A stretch of 64,000 nt of DNA, taken from positions 32,001 to 96,000 of the forward strand of contig JANRJA010000203.1 in assembly GCA_033764315.1 (NCBI GenBank), written 5' to 3'. The stretch is from Oculatellaceae cyanobacterium bins.114. Its GTDB lineage: Bacteria; Cyanobacteriota; Cyanobacteriia; Elainellales; Elainellaceae. The first letter of the stretch is position 1. Each line of letters opens with the position of its first letter. The notes beneath the pieces are model-generated. The model made no database searches. It had not been told where the DNA came from and saw nothing but the letters and a program-made list of their open reading frames with translations. Positions 18,598 to 31,000 of the stretch are shown here, piece by piece. A program made the translations under genes and the position numbers.

Positions 18598-19224
18598 CGC
18601 TAGCTTTTGAAGTTTGATATCGGAATGCTATTCATTAACATCGCCCCTTTATCTACCAAGAAAGGCTTATTTCTGTCGAGTACAGTCTCTCAAAAATTCA
18701 GTTGAAAATCACGCCTTGCTGCTCTAAAAATAGGCTTAATTAATCGTTGCTATAGCCCCAACGTTAATCTCTGAGCAAAAGCTCAAGCCTCACAAGCAGA
18801 TCGTCTGAATGAAATTGGCCTCAGCGTAGGTAAGTGTCAATAGTCAATTAACAGGAACTTATATCAGCCACCAACTATCAGCTAATGGCTTAAAACTCAA
18901 TTCACTGTCAATACAAAATTCCACCCTGATCATCATTCAGATCAATATTAATACGTTCAGAGATAAAAGAAGGTAGGTTTTGTGGGGATTATTCACATCA
19001 AAAGACAGAAATCTTATTCTTTTCTACTGAATAAAGAGATGTATATTTAATTTACAACTACTGACAAAAGTCTGTAAAATCAACAGATTTACATCGTGAA
19101 TTGATCATAGTTGATAACAATTGATGTAAGTTTTAAGTCATGTTTGCGTGAGCTTAAAAACGACTTGGACAAGGTTTGAGACTGGTTGACGGGCAATCGC
19201 AGAAGTCCATTGCAGAGATTGCTC

Positions 19225-20109
19225 TCATTCTTCTGATGAAACCTGCATTTGAACATAAATCAAGGCAATCGTTACAGCCAGTAAGATCGTTGCAGCTGCA
19301 GCCGCATAGCCAAAATCAAATTGGGCAAATGCCTCTTCATAGATATAAAACACTAACAGATTGGTGGAATTGAGCGGTCCTCCACCTGTCATCACATAAG
19401 GCTGCTCAAAGCTGCGTAGGGTAAAGATCGCAGTCGTAACAGCCGCGAAGATCAGAGTAGGACGCAACCCTGGTAGTGTAATGTACCAAAACTGATTCAA
19501 CCGATTGGCTCCATCTAGCTCAGCGGCCTCATAGCGACTTTGAGGAATCGTTTGCAACCCTGCTAGAAAAACCACCATGTTAAACCCAAGTTGTTTCCAA
19601 ATACTGAGCACAATTAACACAGGCATTGCCCAAACCGGGCTGCCTAGCCAGGGAATGGGATCAAGTGCGATCGTTGCTAACGCTGCATTGATTGGCCCAT
19701 CGTTTTGAAACAACCAGCGAAAACCCAGACCCACTGCCACAAGCGAAGTGATTGAGGGAATGAAATAGGCAGTTCGCAACAAGCCTCGCAACACAAAAGC
19801 CCGGTTGAGCAGCACAGCTAAGCCCAAGGGAATCGCCAGACTAGGAACAAGAGTCGCCAGCGTAAAGTAGACGGTATTGCCCAAGACTTGCCAAAAATCG
19901 GGGTTAATCAGCAATCGCCAATAATTTCTGAACCCAATCCAATGGATGCCTGCTCGTGTAAAGCTGCCTTCTGTGAGGCTGAGGTAGCCGAGATAGGCGA
20001 TCGGAAACAACACAAAAATGCTGAGTAAGATCAGTGCAGGGGCTAAAAAAGCCCAGGCCATCAGAGTTTCACTAGAGCGGGCAGAGCTTGACCACTGACC
20101 ATTGACCAT
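19225..20109 (-). CDS. Carbohydrate ABC transporter permease (UgpA/LacF-like)
   Basis: EAA loop YEAAELDGA..FWYITLPGLRP, TGGGP; true start may be 20061 because the N-terminus overlaps a heptamer repeat. Confidence 0.92.
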   Translation of the reverse strand: MVNGQWSSSARSSETLMAWAFLAPALILLSIFVLFPIAYLGYLSLTEGSFTRAGIHWIGFRNYWRLLINPDFWQVLGNTVYFTLATLVPSLAIPLGLAVLLNRAFVLRGLLRTAYFIPSITSLVAVGLGFRWLFQNDGPINAALATIALDPIPWLGSPVWAMPVLIVLSIWKQLGFNMVVFLAGLQTIPQSRYEAAELDGANRLNQFWYITLPGLRPTLIFAAVTTAIFTLRSFEQPYVMTGGGPLNSTNLLVFYIYEEAFAQFDFGYAAAAATILLAVTIALIYVQMQVSSEE

Positions 20110-20183
20110 TGACCATTAACCATCAAAAACTGCTGTAACAATGGTAGGGTAAGCATCCATAGTCTGTAATTCTTTTTCGATTC

Positions 20184-20888
20184 ATGATATCTGATGTCTC
20201 GTCAGTTGATATTGGGTCACAGGCCATGCGAAACCATTCCTCTGGTGAGGTTGCCAGTTTAGTGTCGCCTGATGTTGCCGCGATCGCCCCTCGTTTTTCA
20301 GAGCCACCGTTGCGACTGGGGGTGATGGCGTCAGGGAGTGGCAGCAATTTTGAGGCGATCGCTCAAGCCATTGCCAATCAACAACTCAACGCCCAAATTC
20401 AAGTACTCGTTTACAACAATCCTGATACGAAAGCAGCTACCCGTGCCGATCGGTGGGGCATTCCCAAGGTGTTGCTCAACCATCGACAGTTTGACAGCCG
20501 AGAAGCGTTGGATGGGGCGATCGCAGAGACAATGCAGCACTATCAGGTCGATTTGATTGTGATGGCAGGCTGGATGCGAATCGTGACTGAGGTGCTGATC
20601 AACGCCTTTCCCGATCGCCTGCTGAACATTCACCCCAGTTTACTCCCCAGTTTTCGGGGTGCTCGTGCAGTCGAACAGGCTCTCGCCGCAGGGGTCAAAA
20701 TCACAGGTTGTACCGTTCACCTAGTGCGCCTGGAGGTCGATAGTGGCCCGATCATCATCCAGGCAGCCGTACCGATCTTGCCAGAAGATACGGTGGAAAG
20801 CCTGCATCAACGCATTCAGGTAGAGGAGCATCGCATTTTTCCAGCCGCGATCGCCCTGCTAGCTCACCAACACAGCCAGACCCCGTAA
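20184..20888 (+). CDS. purN: Phosphoribosylglycinamide formyltransferase
   Basis: ASGSGSNFEAI, LNIHPSLLPSF, GCTVHLV..EVDSGPII. Confidence 0.95.
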   Translation: MISDVSSVDIGSQAMRNHSSGEVASLVSPDVAAIAPRFSEPPLRLGVMASGSGSNFEAIAQAIANQQLNAQIQVLVYNNPDTKAATRADRWGIPKVLLNHRQFDSREALDGAIAETMQHYQVDLIVMAGWMRIVTEVLINAFPDRLLNIHPSLLPSFRGARAVEQALAAGVKITGCTVHLVRLEVDSGPIIIQAAVPILPEDTVESLHQRIQVEEHRIFPAAIALLAHQHSQTP

Positions 20889-20902
20889 TTGCTTAAATGC
20901 TC

Positions 20903-21484
20903 TCACTCGGCAGCAAATACCTGTTCAACTGTCAGATTTAGCTCTGGAAAGGTTTGGAGTTGAACGCGATCGCCCCCCAAAAACTCAGTTGCCTCGTACA
21001 AATCTTCGATAGAGTTGAATACCGTGATTTTCGAGCTTAGGGGATCGACCACTACATATTCGGGAATTTCCCGCACGTTATATTCCAATCGCTTAGCCCG
21101 GTAGTCTACGGTTTTGGTCGTTTCACTGACCACCTCCACAACCAAAAAGGGAGCAGGTTCATTTAGCTCAATCACGGCTTCACGGGTTCTCAGATTACGC
21201 CACTGCTCTAACGAAATCACCACGACATCGGGAATGCGAGAGGTATCCCAGCGACCCCCACGAGGCGAGCGAATACCCACTGTCATCTGTTTAGATGTCC
21301 ACTCCCTTCCCAATCGCTTAATTTCAGCGCGAAAGGCATCGTTCAAAAACTCTGCGATCGCTCCATGTTGACCTTCTCCCAAACTCATAGGAACCAATTC
21401 ACCCTGCACCAATTCATAACGAGTGTCTGTGCCATCGTTATAGGTTAGATATTCTGCGAAAGTAAGGCGCGTTGTAGTAACCAT
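20903..21484 (-). CDS. Uma2 family endonuclease-like protein
   Basis: [32 protein letters not shown]...IPEY. Confidence 0.9.
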   Translation of the reverse strand: MVTTTRLTFAEYLTYNDGTDTRYELVQGELVPMSLGEGQHGAIAEFLNDAFRAEIKRLGREWTSKQMTVGIRSPRGGRWDTSRIPDVVVISLEQWRNLRTREAVIELNEPAPFLVVEVVSETTKTVDYRAKRLEYNVREIPEYVVVDPLSSKITVFNSIEDLYEATEFLGGDRVQLQTFPELNLTVEQVFAAE

Positions 21485-21527
21485 TGCTCTAGCCGTTGAC
21501 GATTGACTATAAACGATTGACCATCCA

Positions 21528-22355
21528 CTAAACTTTTGAGCGATCGGTCAAAATCTCGTAGCCTTTGTCAGTCACCAACACCGTGTGTTCAAACTGTGCC
21601 GAAAGAGCGCGATCGACTGTAACCACCGTCCAGCGATCGGCTAGAGTGCGAGTAAATTTTGAGCCTGCATTGAGAATCGGCTCGATCGCCAATGTCATCC
21701 CTGCTTTGAGTTTCACATTGGGCATTTCGTGAGTGCGGTAGTTAAAGACAGAGGGTTCTTCGTGTAAGTTGCGCCCCACACCGTGCCCAGTGAAGTCTTC
21801 AACGACTTTAAAGCCATTGGCTTCGACGTGATCTTGAATTGCGCCTGCAATATCTAACAAATGATTGCCTGCTTTGACTTGCTCAATCCCTTTATAGAGG
21901 GCTTCTTCTGCCACTCGAATTAGCTTAGCAGCAGCAGGAGTGACATTACCCAGGGCGATCGTGATGCAGGAGTCACCATGAAACCCATTGTAAAAGGCAC
22001 CCGTATCCACCTTGAGCACATCTCCTCGACACAGCACCTTCTTGCGATTGGGAATGCCATGCACCACTTCGTTGTTGACACTGGCGCAGATCGAGGCAGG
22101 GAAGCCGTGATAGCCTTTGAAACTGGGAGTCGCACCCATGTCACGAATACGCTTCTCAGCATACTCATCTAAATCAGCCGTGGTCATTCCAGGCTGCACC
22201 ATCTCAGAAATTTCCTTGAGCACGGTGGCGACAATGCGGGCAGACTGTCGCATGATCTCAATTTCTCGAGCGGATTTGATCTCAGCTCCTCGGCGTTGTT
22301 TGGTGATCCGGGGGCCAGGAGTCGGTTGAGATAGAATGCTAGTCAAAAAATTCAT
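21528..22355 (-). CDS. map: Type I methionine aminopeptidase
   Basis: [48 protein letters not shown]. Confidence 0.95.
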   Translation of the reverse strand: MNFLTSILSQPTPGPRITKQRRGAEIKSAREIEIMRQSARIVATVLKEISEMVQPGMTTADLDEYAEKRIRDMGATPSFKGYHGFPASICASVNNEVVHGIPNRKKVLCRGDVLKVDTGAFYNGFHGDSCITIALGNVTPAAAKLIRVAEEALYKGIEQVKAGNHLLDIAGAIQDHVEANGFKVVEDFTGHGVGRNLHEEPSVFNYRTHEMPNVKLKAGMTLAIEPILNAGSKFTRTLADRWTVVTVDRALSAQFEHTVLVTDKGYEILTDRSKV

Positions 22356-22565
22356 GGATGGTGGAAAAATTGCAAGATGTGGTGGGAGGAGGAACATTGA
22401 TAGCTCCTATCCTAAGGTAGCTCAGTTTTGTCAGATTCAAGGCAAGGGCTGAAGGCTTTGCCACCCGTCTCAGTTGCACCCTGTCAAAGAGGAAATTTCT
22501 TTCCAGGCTTGATTCACTGAGCCTCTTTGGCTTCGCACTCAGCCCTATCCAGCTTTAGCTCGTAG

Positions 22566-22674
22566 GCGTTGCTAAACACAGAGATGATCTCGTTGATTAA
22601 GACAACCGCTGATCAAGACAGCAAGGGAGGTTTCGCAAAACGCCCTGAGATTTTATACAGTTGATCAGCAACGC
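22566..22674. mobile_element. MITE-like element with GCGTTGCT/AGCAACGC ends
   Basis: Terminal inverted repeat around a roughly 95 bp core in an intergenic gap. Confidence 0.5.
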
Positions 22675-22689
22675 TCACTCTTGACCTAT

Positions 22690-23076
22690 TTAATCGCCAC
22701 AGTAGACGATCAAATCGATCTCGACGTCACCCAATCCAGCTAGAGCGGTGACTCCAACGGTGGTGCGGCACGGTAACCGAGTTGGGTCAAAGTAGGAGGC
22801 ATAAATTTCATTCACCGTTGGAAAAAATCGAAAATCGGTGACAAAAATTCGTGCCATGACGACCCGGTTAAAGCTTGTCTCAGCGTGGTCTAAAACCAAC
22901 TTGAGATTGTCCATAACCCGTCGCGTCTGTTCATCAATGGAACCGCGCACGATCTGCCCCGTGGCCGGATCTTCTGCTAATTGACCCGTGACAAACAAAA
23001 AACCTCCGGCTCGGACAGCATGAGAATAGGGGGCAACAGCGGGCAAGACGTCGTCGGGTAAGGTGATATATTCCAA
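22690..23076 (-). CDS. RidA/YjgF family protein
   Basis: APYSHAV, FVTGQL, VNEIYASYF, PCRTTVGV, VEID; TTG start with AGGAG upstream. Confidence 0.92.
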   Translation of the reverse strand: MEYITLPDDVLPAVAPYSHAVRAGGFLFVTGQLAEDPATGQIVRGSIDEQTRRVMDNLKLVLDHAETSFNRVVMARIFVTDFRFFPTVNEIYASYFDPTRLPCRTTVGVTALAGLGDVEIDLIVYCGD

Positions 23077-23102
23077 ATTTATTGCTCCTGAAAGACTAGT
23101 CC

Positions 23103-23116
23103 GTAAAGAACCATAC
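23103..23116. promoter_or_regulatory. Candidate NtcA box
   Basis: GTA-AAGAACCA-TAC between the divergent RidA and amidohydrolase genes. Confidence 0.45.
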
Positions 23117-23215
23117 GAATAGGTTCTCGACAGTACAATCTATCGTGAGGAGTTCAGTTGACACTGTGATTCTTCATGCTGAATGGCACATTAAAAACTT
23201 GTTGGGGGAGATCTG

Positions 23216-24628
23216 GTGAGCTACACAATTCAAAACGCGATCGTTCCAGTTGAGGCAGGATATAACACTGTTGATGTGCAGATTGAGGGCGATCGCATTA
23301 TTGCCATTGCCCCCCACCTTGAGCCAAACGGTACTGTGATCGATGGGCGAGACAAGCTCTTATTACCCGGATTTGTGAATGCTCACACTCACTCATCTGA
23401 AATGTGGCAGCGAGGCTTGATTCCACCGCGACCTTTAGAACTGTGGCTAGGAGAGTTGCATGATTTTGCCCCGGTCGCTCCAGAGCAGGTTTATCTGGCT
23501 GCACTGGGAACAGCAGTTGAAACGCTGCTATCAGGGGGGACAACCGTGGTCGATCACTTAGTTTTGATTCCCGGACAGGAGAAGGAGTCGATCGCCGCTG
23601 CTGTTCGAGCTTATCAAGAAGTCGGCATTCGCGTATTCTTGGGGCCTCTGATTCAAGATGAGCCGTTGAGTGCGGGTATGCCGTCTGGCAAGTATGAGAT
23701 TAAGCATGAGCCATCTGGCTGGAGCACCGAAACGGTACTTGATTTGATGCATGACACGGTGAAGAAATTTCATCACCCTGAGCAGGGCGTCAATATTATG
23801 GTGGCTCCTACCGGAATTCAGCTCTGCTCAGATCAGCTATTTGAGGGGTGTATCGAGTTGAGCGATCGCCATCAGTTGTGTCGTCATACCCATCTGCTCG
23901 AAACCAAAGCGCAACACATGCTGGCTTACGAGAAATATGGGTGTACAGCGGTGCAGCACTTAAAGCACCTTGGCTTTCTCAGTTCTCGCACCTCTCTGGC
24001 TCACTGTGTCTGGCTAGAGGATGCTGACATTCCCATCTTGGCAGAGACCCAATCAACCGTAGTGCACAACCCCCTCAGCAACCTGCGTTTGGGGAGTGGC
24101 ATCGCCCCTGTCTTAAAATATCGTCAAGCCGGAGTCAACGTAACGTTTGGGTGTGATGGCTCTGCCAGCAATGACTCTCAAGACTTGTTAGAGGCCATTA
24201 AGCTTGGCACCATTCTCCACAACGTCACTGATCGCGATTACTACCACTGGATCACCCCTCGACAAGCCATCGAAATGGCGGCTCTGGGTGGAGCAACAGG
24301 CTTAGGCATGGCAGACCAAATGGGATCACTGACGGTAGGCAAAAAAGCTGACCTGGTTTTATATGACCTCAAGAGTTTGTCACTGTTGCCCCGCACTGAC
24401 CCGATTGGCTTACTCGTGTTGGGCCGACCGATCGCCGTTCACAGTGTGTGGGTTCATGGCAAAGCCGTGGTCACAAATGGCACGGTCACAACGATTGATG
24501 TGCCCCAACTGCAACAAACCCTGTTTGACAAAAGCGAATGGCAGACTACGCGGCGATCGCCCTCTATGCAAGACATGGAAATGCACTATCGCCATGTCAT
24601 GGGGTTAACTCCCACGAGTGAAAATTGA
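23216..24628 (+). CDS. Metal-dependent amidohydrolase (AtzA/TrzA/SsnA-like deaminase)
   Basis: PGFVNAHTH, HTHLLET, LAHCVWL, HNPLSNLRLGSG, FGCDG. Confidence 0.9.
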   Translation: MSYTIQNAIVPVEAGYNTVDVQIEGDRIIAIAPHLEPNGTVIDGRDKLLLPGFVNAHTHSSEMWQRGLIPPRPLELWLGELHDFAPVAPEQVYLAALGTAVETLLSGGTTVVDHLVLIPGQEKESIAAAVRAYQEVGIRVFLGPLIQDEPLSAGMPSGKYEIKHEPSGWSTETVLDLMHDTVKKFHHPEQGVNIMVAPTGIQLCSDQLFEGCIELSDRHQLCRHTHLLETKAQHMLAYEKYGCTAVQHLKHLGFLSSRTSLAHCVWLEDADIPILAETQSTVVHNPLSNLRLGSGIAPVLKYRQAGVNVTFGCDGSASNDSQDLLEAIKLGTILHNVTDRDYYHWITPRQAIEMAALGGATGLGMADQMGSLTVGKKADLVLYDLKSLSLLPRTDPIGLLVLGRPIAVHSVWVHGKAVVTNGTVTTIDVPQLQQTLFDKSEWQTTRRSPSMQDMEMHYRHVMGLTPTSEN

Positions 24629-24737
24629 AAAAGAAATTTGATTTTCTCTCTTCTTTTTTCGCCTCTCTCAGCCTCTCTTCCTCCTCACGATAGAATTAAA
24701 CCTGGGATCTTCAGAGGAACCTGAGGCAACAGCAGAC

Positions 24738-25478
24738 ATGATTGAAACCTTCCGACTCTGGCTCTATGGGCTAGAACAGTTCGCTAATGGGCAAGTAGCC
24801 GCTCAGTTGACTCACCTGACTCCATTAAGTGTGGGGATCATTTTTGTGGCTGGGTTGCTCACCAGTCTCACCCCTTGCATGTTGTCGATGTTACCGATCA
24901 CGATTGGCTATATCGGCGGCTATGAGGCAACCAGTCGAGTTCGAGCAGCCGCACAATCGACCTGGTTTTCTCTGGGCTTGGCAACGACTCTGGCGATATT
25001 GGGCATTGTGGCAGCGATCGCAGGCAAGTTATATGGGCAAGTGGGCATAGGTCTACCAATTGTCGTCAGTGTTGTGTCGATTCTCATGGGACTCAATTTG
25101 TTAGAGGCATTGCCCTTACAGTTGCCGTCATTTACTGGGTTAGGGTTCATCCCCCAAAATGCTCCTGAAGGGGTGAGATCCTATCTGTTAGGTCTCACCT
25201 TTGGATTGGTAGCATCCCCCTGTAGCACCCCAGTATTAGCAACGTTGCTGGCGTGGGTTTCCACCACTCACAATCCCGTATTAGGAGGGGCCATGCTGCT
25301 GTCTTATACGGCGGGTTACGTTGCTCCCCTAATCCTGGCAGGGACGTTTACGGCTTCGATTAAAAAGATTTTAGAGCTGCGGCGTTGGTCAGGTTGGATC
25401 ACCCCTACCAGTGGCGCGTTATTGGTCGGATTTGGCGTGTTTTCTCTCCTGTTTCGGCTGTTTCCTACAGGGGTTTAA
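24738..25478 (+). CDS. ccdA: Cytochrome c biogenesis thiol-disulfide transporter
   Basis: SLTPCMLSMLP and ASPCSTPVLA Cys motifs; multi-TM. Confidence 0.95.
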   Translation: MIETFRLWLYGLEQFANGQVAAQLTHLTPLSVGIIFVAGLLTSLTPCMLSMLPITIGYIGGYEATSRVRAAAQSTWFSLGLATTLAILGIVAAIAGKLYGQVGIGLPIVVSVVSILMGLNLLEALPLQLPSFTGLGFIPQNAPEGVRSYLLGLTFGLVASPCSTPVLATLLAWVSTTHNPVLGGAMLLSYTAGYVAPLILAGTFTASIKKILELRRWSGWITPTSGALLVGFGVFSLLFRLFPTGV

Positions 25479-25588
25479 CGAAATTTCAATTCCAACGGAC
25501 GCAATGAATCGCTTTCTTCCACACTTAAAATTCAGTACAGACGCGATTAATCGCGTCTCTTCGGCTCAAAATTTCTAACTGCCTCTCC

Positions 25589-26983
25589 ATGATTCCAGAC
25601 ACTCCAGAGACTCCAACCCCATCCCGTCTGTCTAGCTTCAACCAGTTGATTCAGCATTACTTTCAAAAAGAATTGCTGCCTCTTCTGGCAGACTTACGGT
25701 TAGCGATTTTGTTGCTGTTGGCGATCGCCATTTTTAGTATCTCTGGCACGGTCATTGAGCAGGGCGAAACCCTGGAATTTTATCAAACCAACTACCCCGA
25801 ACACCCAGCCCTGTTTGGCTTTCTCACCTGGAAGCTGATTTTGATGGTGGGGCTAGACCACGTCTATCGCACCTGGTGGTTTCTGGCTTTGTTGATTTTG
25901 TTTGGCTCTAGCTTGACGGCTTGCACATTTACCCGCCAGTTTCCAACGCTGAAGTCGGCACAACGCTGGAGCTATTACACCCAACCCCGACAATTTGAGA
26001 AGCTGGCATTGAGTGCTGAATTGCCGGATGGCTCTGTGGATGCCGTATTGCCGCTGTTGGCGGGTAAACGCTATCGCACCTATCACGAGGGAGACACGAT
26101 TTACGCCCGCAAGGGCATTGCCGGACGGATTGGGCCAATTATCGTTCATGCCAGCATGTTGATTATTTTGGCAGGGTCGATTTTAGGAGCCATGACAGGC
26201 TTTTTTGCCCAAGAGATGGTGCCCAGCTACGAAACCTTTAAGGTGCAACACGTCTTTGATGCGGGGCCGTGGGCAGCGGCTCAGATTCCCAAAGATTGGT
26301 CTGCAAAGGTCAATCGGTTTTGGATTGATTACACCCCTAACGGCACGATTGACCAGTTTTATTCTGACCTCTCCATCCTGGATGCAGAAGGCAATGAAGT
26401 AAAACGCAAAACCATTCATGTGAATGAGCCATTGCGCTATCACGGGGTGACTTTATATCAAGCCGATTGGGCGATCGCCGCTGTGCGAGTGCGGTTTAAC
26501 AACAGCCCAGTGCTGCAATTGCCAATGGCAAAACTGGACGTTGGCAGTGGGCGGGTCTGGGGCACCTGGATTCCGACCAAGCCGGATCTGAGCGAAGGTG
26601 TCTCGTTATTAGCCAAAGATCTCCAGGGCACGGTCTTGATCTACGATAACAACGGCAATCTGCTCTCAACTGTGCGCGAAGGGATGACCCTTGAGGTCAA
26701 TGGCGTAACGCTCTCAGTGGTTGAGTTGATCGGCAGCACCGGGTTGCAAATTAAGGCAGATCCTGGCATTCCCATTGTCTATTTGGGGTTTGGATTGCTG
26801 ATGCTGGGAGTCGCCATGAGTTATGTCTCTCATTCCCAGATTTGGGCATTGCAATCGGGCGATCGCCTTTACATTGGAGGCAGAACGAATCGAGCACAGG
26901 TTGTGTTTGAGCGCGAAATGCTGGACATTTTAGATCAGCTTGACCATCCTTTGAATTCCTCTCAACCCACCCAACCATCATGA
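25589..26983 (+). CDS. ccs1: Cytochrome c biogenesis protein Ccs1/ResB
   Basis: [32 protein letters not shown]; follows ccdA. Confidence 0.95.
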   Translation: MIPDTPETPTPSRLSSFNQLIQHYFQKELLPLLADLRLAILLLLAIAIFSISGTVIEQGETLEFYQTNYPEHPALFGFLTWKLILMVGLDHVYRTWWFLALLILFGSSLTACTFTRQFPTLKSAQRWSYYTQPRQFEKLALSAELPDGSVDAVLPLLAGKRYRTYHEGDTIYARKGIAGRIGPIIVHASMLIILAGSILGAMTGFFAQEMVPSYETFKVQHVFDAGPWAAAQIPKDWSAKVNRFWIDYTPNGTIDQFYSDLSILDAEGNEVKRKTIHVNEPLRYHGVTLYQADWAIAAVRVRFNNSPVLQLPMAKLDVGSGRVWGTWIPTKPDLSEGVSLLAKDLQGTVLIYDNNGNLLSTVREGMTLEVNGVTLSVVELIGSTGLQIKADPGIPIVYLGFGLLMLGVAMSYVSHSQIWALQSGDRLYIGGRTNRAQVVFEREMLDILDQLDHPLNSSQPTQPS

Positions 26984-27588
26984 CCAACCCTGATCCCGAG
27001 ATTCGCCGTTTAATCGAGTTAATGCCTGCATCAGGGCGAATGCACTGCAAACTCGTCAGCAAACCAGAGCAATCCACTGTGATCACCGCTGAGTTTCCGG
27101 TGCCCTGGAAACAAACTCGCCCAATTGTGATTAACTTTGACCTGTGGCGAGAAATGCCTCGTCCGCAGCGAGATTTAGTGCTGTTGCGAACGGTGAGTTG
27201 GCTGATGTCTGTTAAGTGGCTAAAGATTAATCCTGCTAGTGGGTTAGTCGCCGCTGGTGTGGTCGGCACCGTGTTTGAGCTGGTACAAGTTGACATGGTG
27301 GGGGCGATCGCCGCTGGAGCACTGACCACCCTCGCAGGCTTGCAAGTCTGGCGCAGCCACCGCAGCACCCAACGCGAACTAGAAGCCGACGAAGCCGCTG
27401 TGCAGATAGCATTGCGACGCGGATATTCTGAGTCAGACGCCGCACGGCACTTGCTCAGCGCAATCGAAGCCATTGCCCGCATTGAGGAACGCCCCGGCAC
27501 CTTTACCGAACTCGTGCGCTGTCAAAACCTCAAAGCGATCGCTGGGTTATCTCCCGTGGGTGTGCCCCAATCAGTGCGGAGCGAGTAA
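26980..27588 (+). CDS. Conserved cyanobacterial membrane protein (DUF3318-like)
   Basis: [30 protein letters not shown] overlap with ccs1. Confidence 0.8.
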   Translation: MTNPDPEIRRLIELMPASGRMHCKLVSKPEQSTVITAEFPVPWKQTRPIVINFDLWREMPRPQRDLVLLRTVSWLMSVKWLKINPASGLVAAGVVGTVFELVQVDMVGAIAAGALTTLAGLQVWRSHRSTQRELEADEAAVQIALRRGYSESDAARHLLSAIEAIARIEERPGTFTELVRCQNLKAIAGLSPVGVPQSVRSE

Positions 27589-27626
27589 GTAAGAAACAAT
27601 AAAAAAGAAGAGAAAAAATGAATCTA

Positions 27627-27728
27627 ATACCGATCTAAACGGATTTTTGGGCAGATCAAAGTTTAGGAGGGGCTTGGCAGTGTCAAGCCCGTACCAGGAT
27701 CTGTCGCGTTTACAATTCAAATTGGTAT
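27627..27728. mobile_element. MITE-like element with ATACC/GGTAT ends
   Basis: ataccgatct...aattggtat with internal hairpin gggcttggcagtgtcaagccc. Confidence 0.5.
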
Positions 27729-28032
27729 GCTGACGACATAGGAGAGCATATCCAGTTTTTTTGGATCAGCCCAAGGGTTGTCGTCACTCATCTTGCCTTC
27801 TGAATTAGCAATACGTAACGCGATTGATAACCGCATCCTAGCCATTAACCCTCTTCTTTTTTCATCCTTTAGCCTTCATCCTTTAGCCTTTTCTATTCTC
27901 AACTTCCCTTTTTTTATGCTTAAAGAGCAGTCAAAACAGAACATTTAATGCGATAAATAAGCCAAGGCTCGACAACATCATCCATCGACAAAGGCAACAA
28001 GGGATTTGTATCCCTTGGAGTATGGTCACTTC

Positions 28033-31000
28033 ATGGTTCTCAGTTTCGACCGATCCAATCTACTGCGAGGAGTTGCCCAAGCTACCAGTCAACTCCTGAC
28101 CAGCAGCGACTTTACGATCGCCATTCACAATGCCCTCGCGACACTAGGGCAGGTGACTCAAGTCGATCGCATCTACATTTGTGATATTCATCCCCATCCC
28201 CTAACTGGAGAACCAGCATCAAGTCAGCAGTTTGAGTGGGTGCATGAGTCAGTTCCGGCGTTGATCGATAACCCCAACCTACAAGATTGGACGTTTACCG
28301 TTGGTCGGTTTATCGACTGGCTCAAGACATTACAGGCCGGAGAGACGGTCAGTTGCATCATCCGAGAACTATGCCCGGATGAGTTAGACCATATGCCCGT
28401 TCAGGATGTCTACTCTATTTTGATCGTCCCTATTTTTGTCAACGGCAACCTGTGGGGCTTCATTGGGTTTGATGATTGCAACCGCGAGCGTCAGTGGTCT
28501 AAAGACGAAGAAGCCGTCTTGCAAACGATGGCAGCTAGCATTGGTGGGGCGATCGCCCGTCAACAGGTTGAAATGGCTTTGCGGCAAAGCGAAGCCCAAC
28601 TCCAACGGATCACCGCCAATGTTCCAGGCATGATCTATCAGTTTTTGTTAAAGCCCGATGGCACCCGACAAGTTTTGTTTGCCAGTTCTGGTTGCCAAGA
28701 ATTGCTGGAATTATCGCCAGAGTTCATTCAGAGCGACTTTTGCCACATTGCCGATCTGTGTCACCCAGACGATCGCCTGGGGTTTGAGCAATCTGTCACT
28801 CACTCTAGTAACACGATGCAGCCCTGGAATTGGGAAGGACGAATTATCACAGCATCAGGAGAATTAAAATGGCTCCAGGGATTTTCACGTCCAGAGCGGT
28901 TATCGAATGGCAATCTCTTATGGGATGGGGTGCTGGTTGATATCACCGAGCGCAAGCGAGTTGAGGAAGCCTCCCGTCACAGTGAGTTGCGCTATCGAGC
29001 CATGTTGGATGCTAGCCCAGATTTAATGTTTCGGCTAAGCATGAATGGTCGATATCTCGACTTTAAAGGCAGTCGCGAAACCGATATGCCCCGTGAGGTG
29101 ATCGTCGGGCAATATTTACATGATGTGTTGCCCCTCGATGTCGCAGAGTTAGCCTTGCAAACCATTCGCAAAACCCTAGCAACAGGCGAGTTGCAAATCT
29201 GTGAATATCAACTCCTCAATGACAAGGGTTGGCGCGATTATGAAGCCCGTCTGGTTGTCAGCGGTAAAGATGAGGTGCTTGCAGTAGTGCGCGATGTCAC
29301 CGATCGCAAACAAGTTGAGGCAGAGTTACGGGCTAGCGAAGAGCGTCTTCAAAGCTTTTTTGAAGCCACCTCTGAGGCGGTGATCATCCATGATTTTGAC
29401 CAAATTTTAGACGTCAACCCCTCCGCAGAAGCGATGGTGGGCTATAGTTGCCAAGAACTAATTGGCATGCCTGTTCTCGATCTGGTGGCTCCTGACTTTC
29501 GAGAGGGGGTAATCCAAGAATGGCGATCGCTCACCTCTCCCGATCAACCCTACTATTACGAAAGTGTCGGCATTCGCAAAAACGGCTCGACCTTTTTAGC
29601 CTCGGTGTGTGCCAAAGCTCTGTTTTATCGAGGACGCCAAGTGCGGGTTGCGGGCATTCGCGATATTACAGAACGCAAACAAGCCGAAGCCGCTATTCTG
29701 CAAAGTGAAGCTCGTAATCGGGCGTTGGTCAATGCCATTCCTGACTTGATGTTTTTGATTCATCGCGATGGCACCTACCTAGATTGCAAAGTAGACGACG
29801 ATAACACCTCCCTGTTACCTGCCCATGAGCTGATTGGACGGACAGTCTATGATGTCTTGCCGCCGGACTTAGCCCAGCAACGCATGGCCTACATCGAGCA
29901 AGCACTCAAAACAGGTAAAATGCAACGCTTTGAGTATCAGCTACATCTCGATGGCAGCGATCGCGCTAGTTCTCTTTACCGTTCAATCAGTCCCAATTTG
30001 TCTCCGACAACCACAGACGAGGCTCATATCCGCGACTATGAAGCACGAGTCGTGGTCAGTGGAGAAGATGAAGCCTTAGCGATCGTGCGAGATATTACGG
30101 AACGCAAACGCTCTGAAGCCGCCCTGCAAACCTCTGAAGAAAAATTTTCTAAAGCGTTTCGCTCTAGCCCCAATCCTATGACGATCGCCACCTTGCACGA
30201 GGGTCTCCTGATTGAGGTAAATGATAGCTATATCGAAACCTTAGGGTATTCCCGCGAAGAGTCATTGGGAAAAACTGCCCATGATTTGCAGTTGTGGGTC
30301 AACCGCAGCGATCGCGATCAAGTGGTGCACCTTTTAACCCAACATGGATCAGTGCGGAGCTTAGAGTTTCTCTTTCGGGTTAAGTCAGGCGACATTCGCA
30401 TTGGGCTATTCTCAGCAGAAATCATTCAAATCGAGGATGAGATGTGTCTGATCGATTCCATCATCGACATCACCGAACGCCAACGCTCTGAAGAACGGGA
30501 TCGGCTGCTGGCAGAAATTGCCCTGCGGATTCACCAATCGCTTGATCTGCAACAAATTTTCAACACCACCGTGGCCGAGGTGCGCCAATTTCTGCAAGCC
30601 GATCGGGTGTTTATTGGGCAATTTGATGTTTCAGGCAACGGGCATGTGGTGGCTGAGTCAGGCAACCCCAATTTTTCGTCAGTACGCGATTGGGTGATTG
30701 ATCAAGCGGCTTATGAAGAAATTAAAACCGTGTATCTTCAGGGCAGTTTTATCATTAATGACGTCACCCAAATTGACCTGCCACCGAGTGCTAAACATGC
30801 CTTTGAGCACTATCAGACCCGCGCCACATTAGGGGTGCCGATCGTCTCAGAAGGTCGATTGTTTGGGGCAATCGTAGCCCACCAATGTGGGGTTCCCCGT
30901 GAGTGGCAAGCCTTTGAAGTGAACTTAATGGAACAATTGGCCACCCAAGTGGCGATCGCCATTCAACAGGCACAACTGTATCAGCAAGTGCAAGACCTCA

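Noticed and set aside
20903..21484. Uma2 gene as a defence system
   Set aside because: Highly multicopy family in cyanobacteria; isolated here among housekeeping genes
26751..27500. 249-aa minus-strand ORF
   Set aside because: Antisense shadow of ccs1 and the DUF3318-like gene, no recognisable motifs; the same applies to the other short overlapping ORFs in the track
30500..30970. Second GAF of the large kinase as a photoreceptor
   Set aside because: Has the scaffold but reads LPPSAK where the bilin-binding Cys is expected
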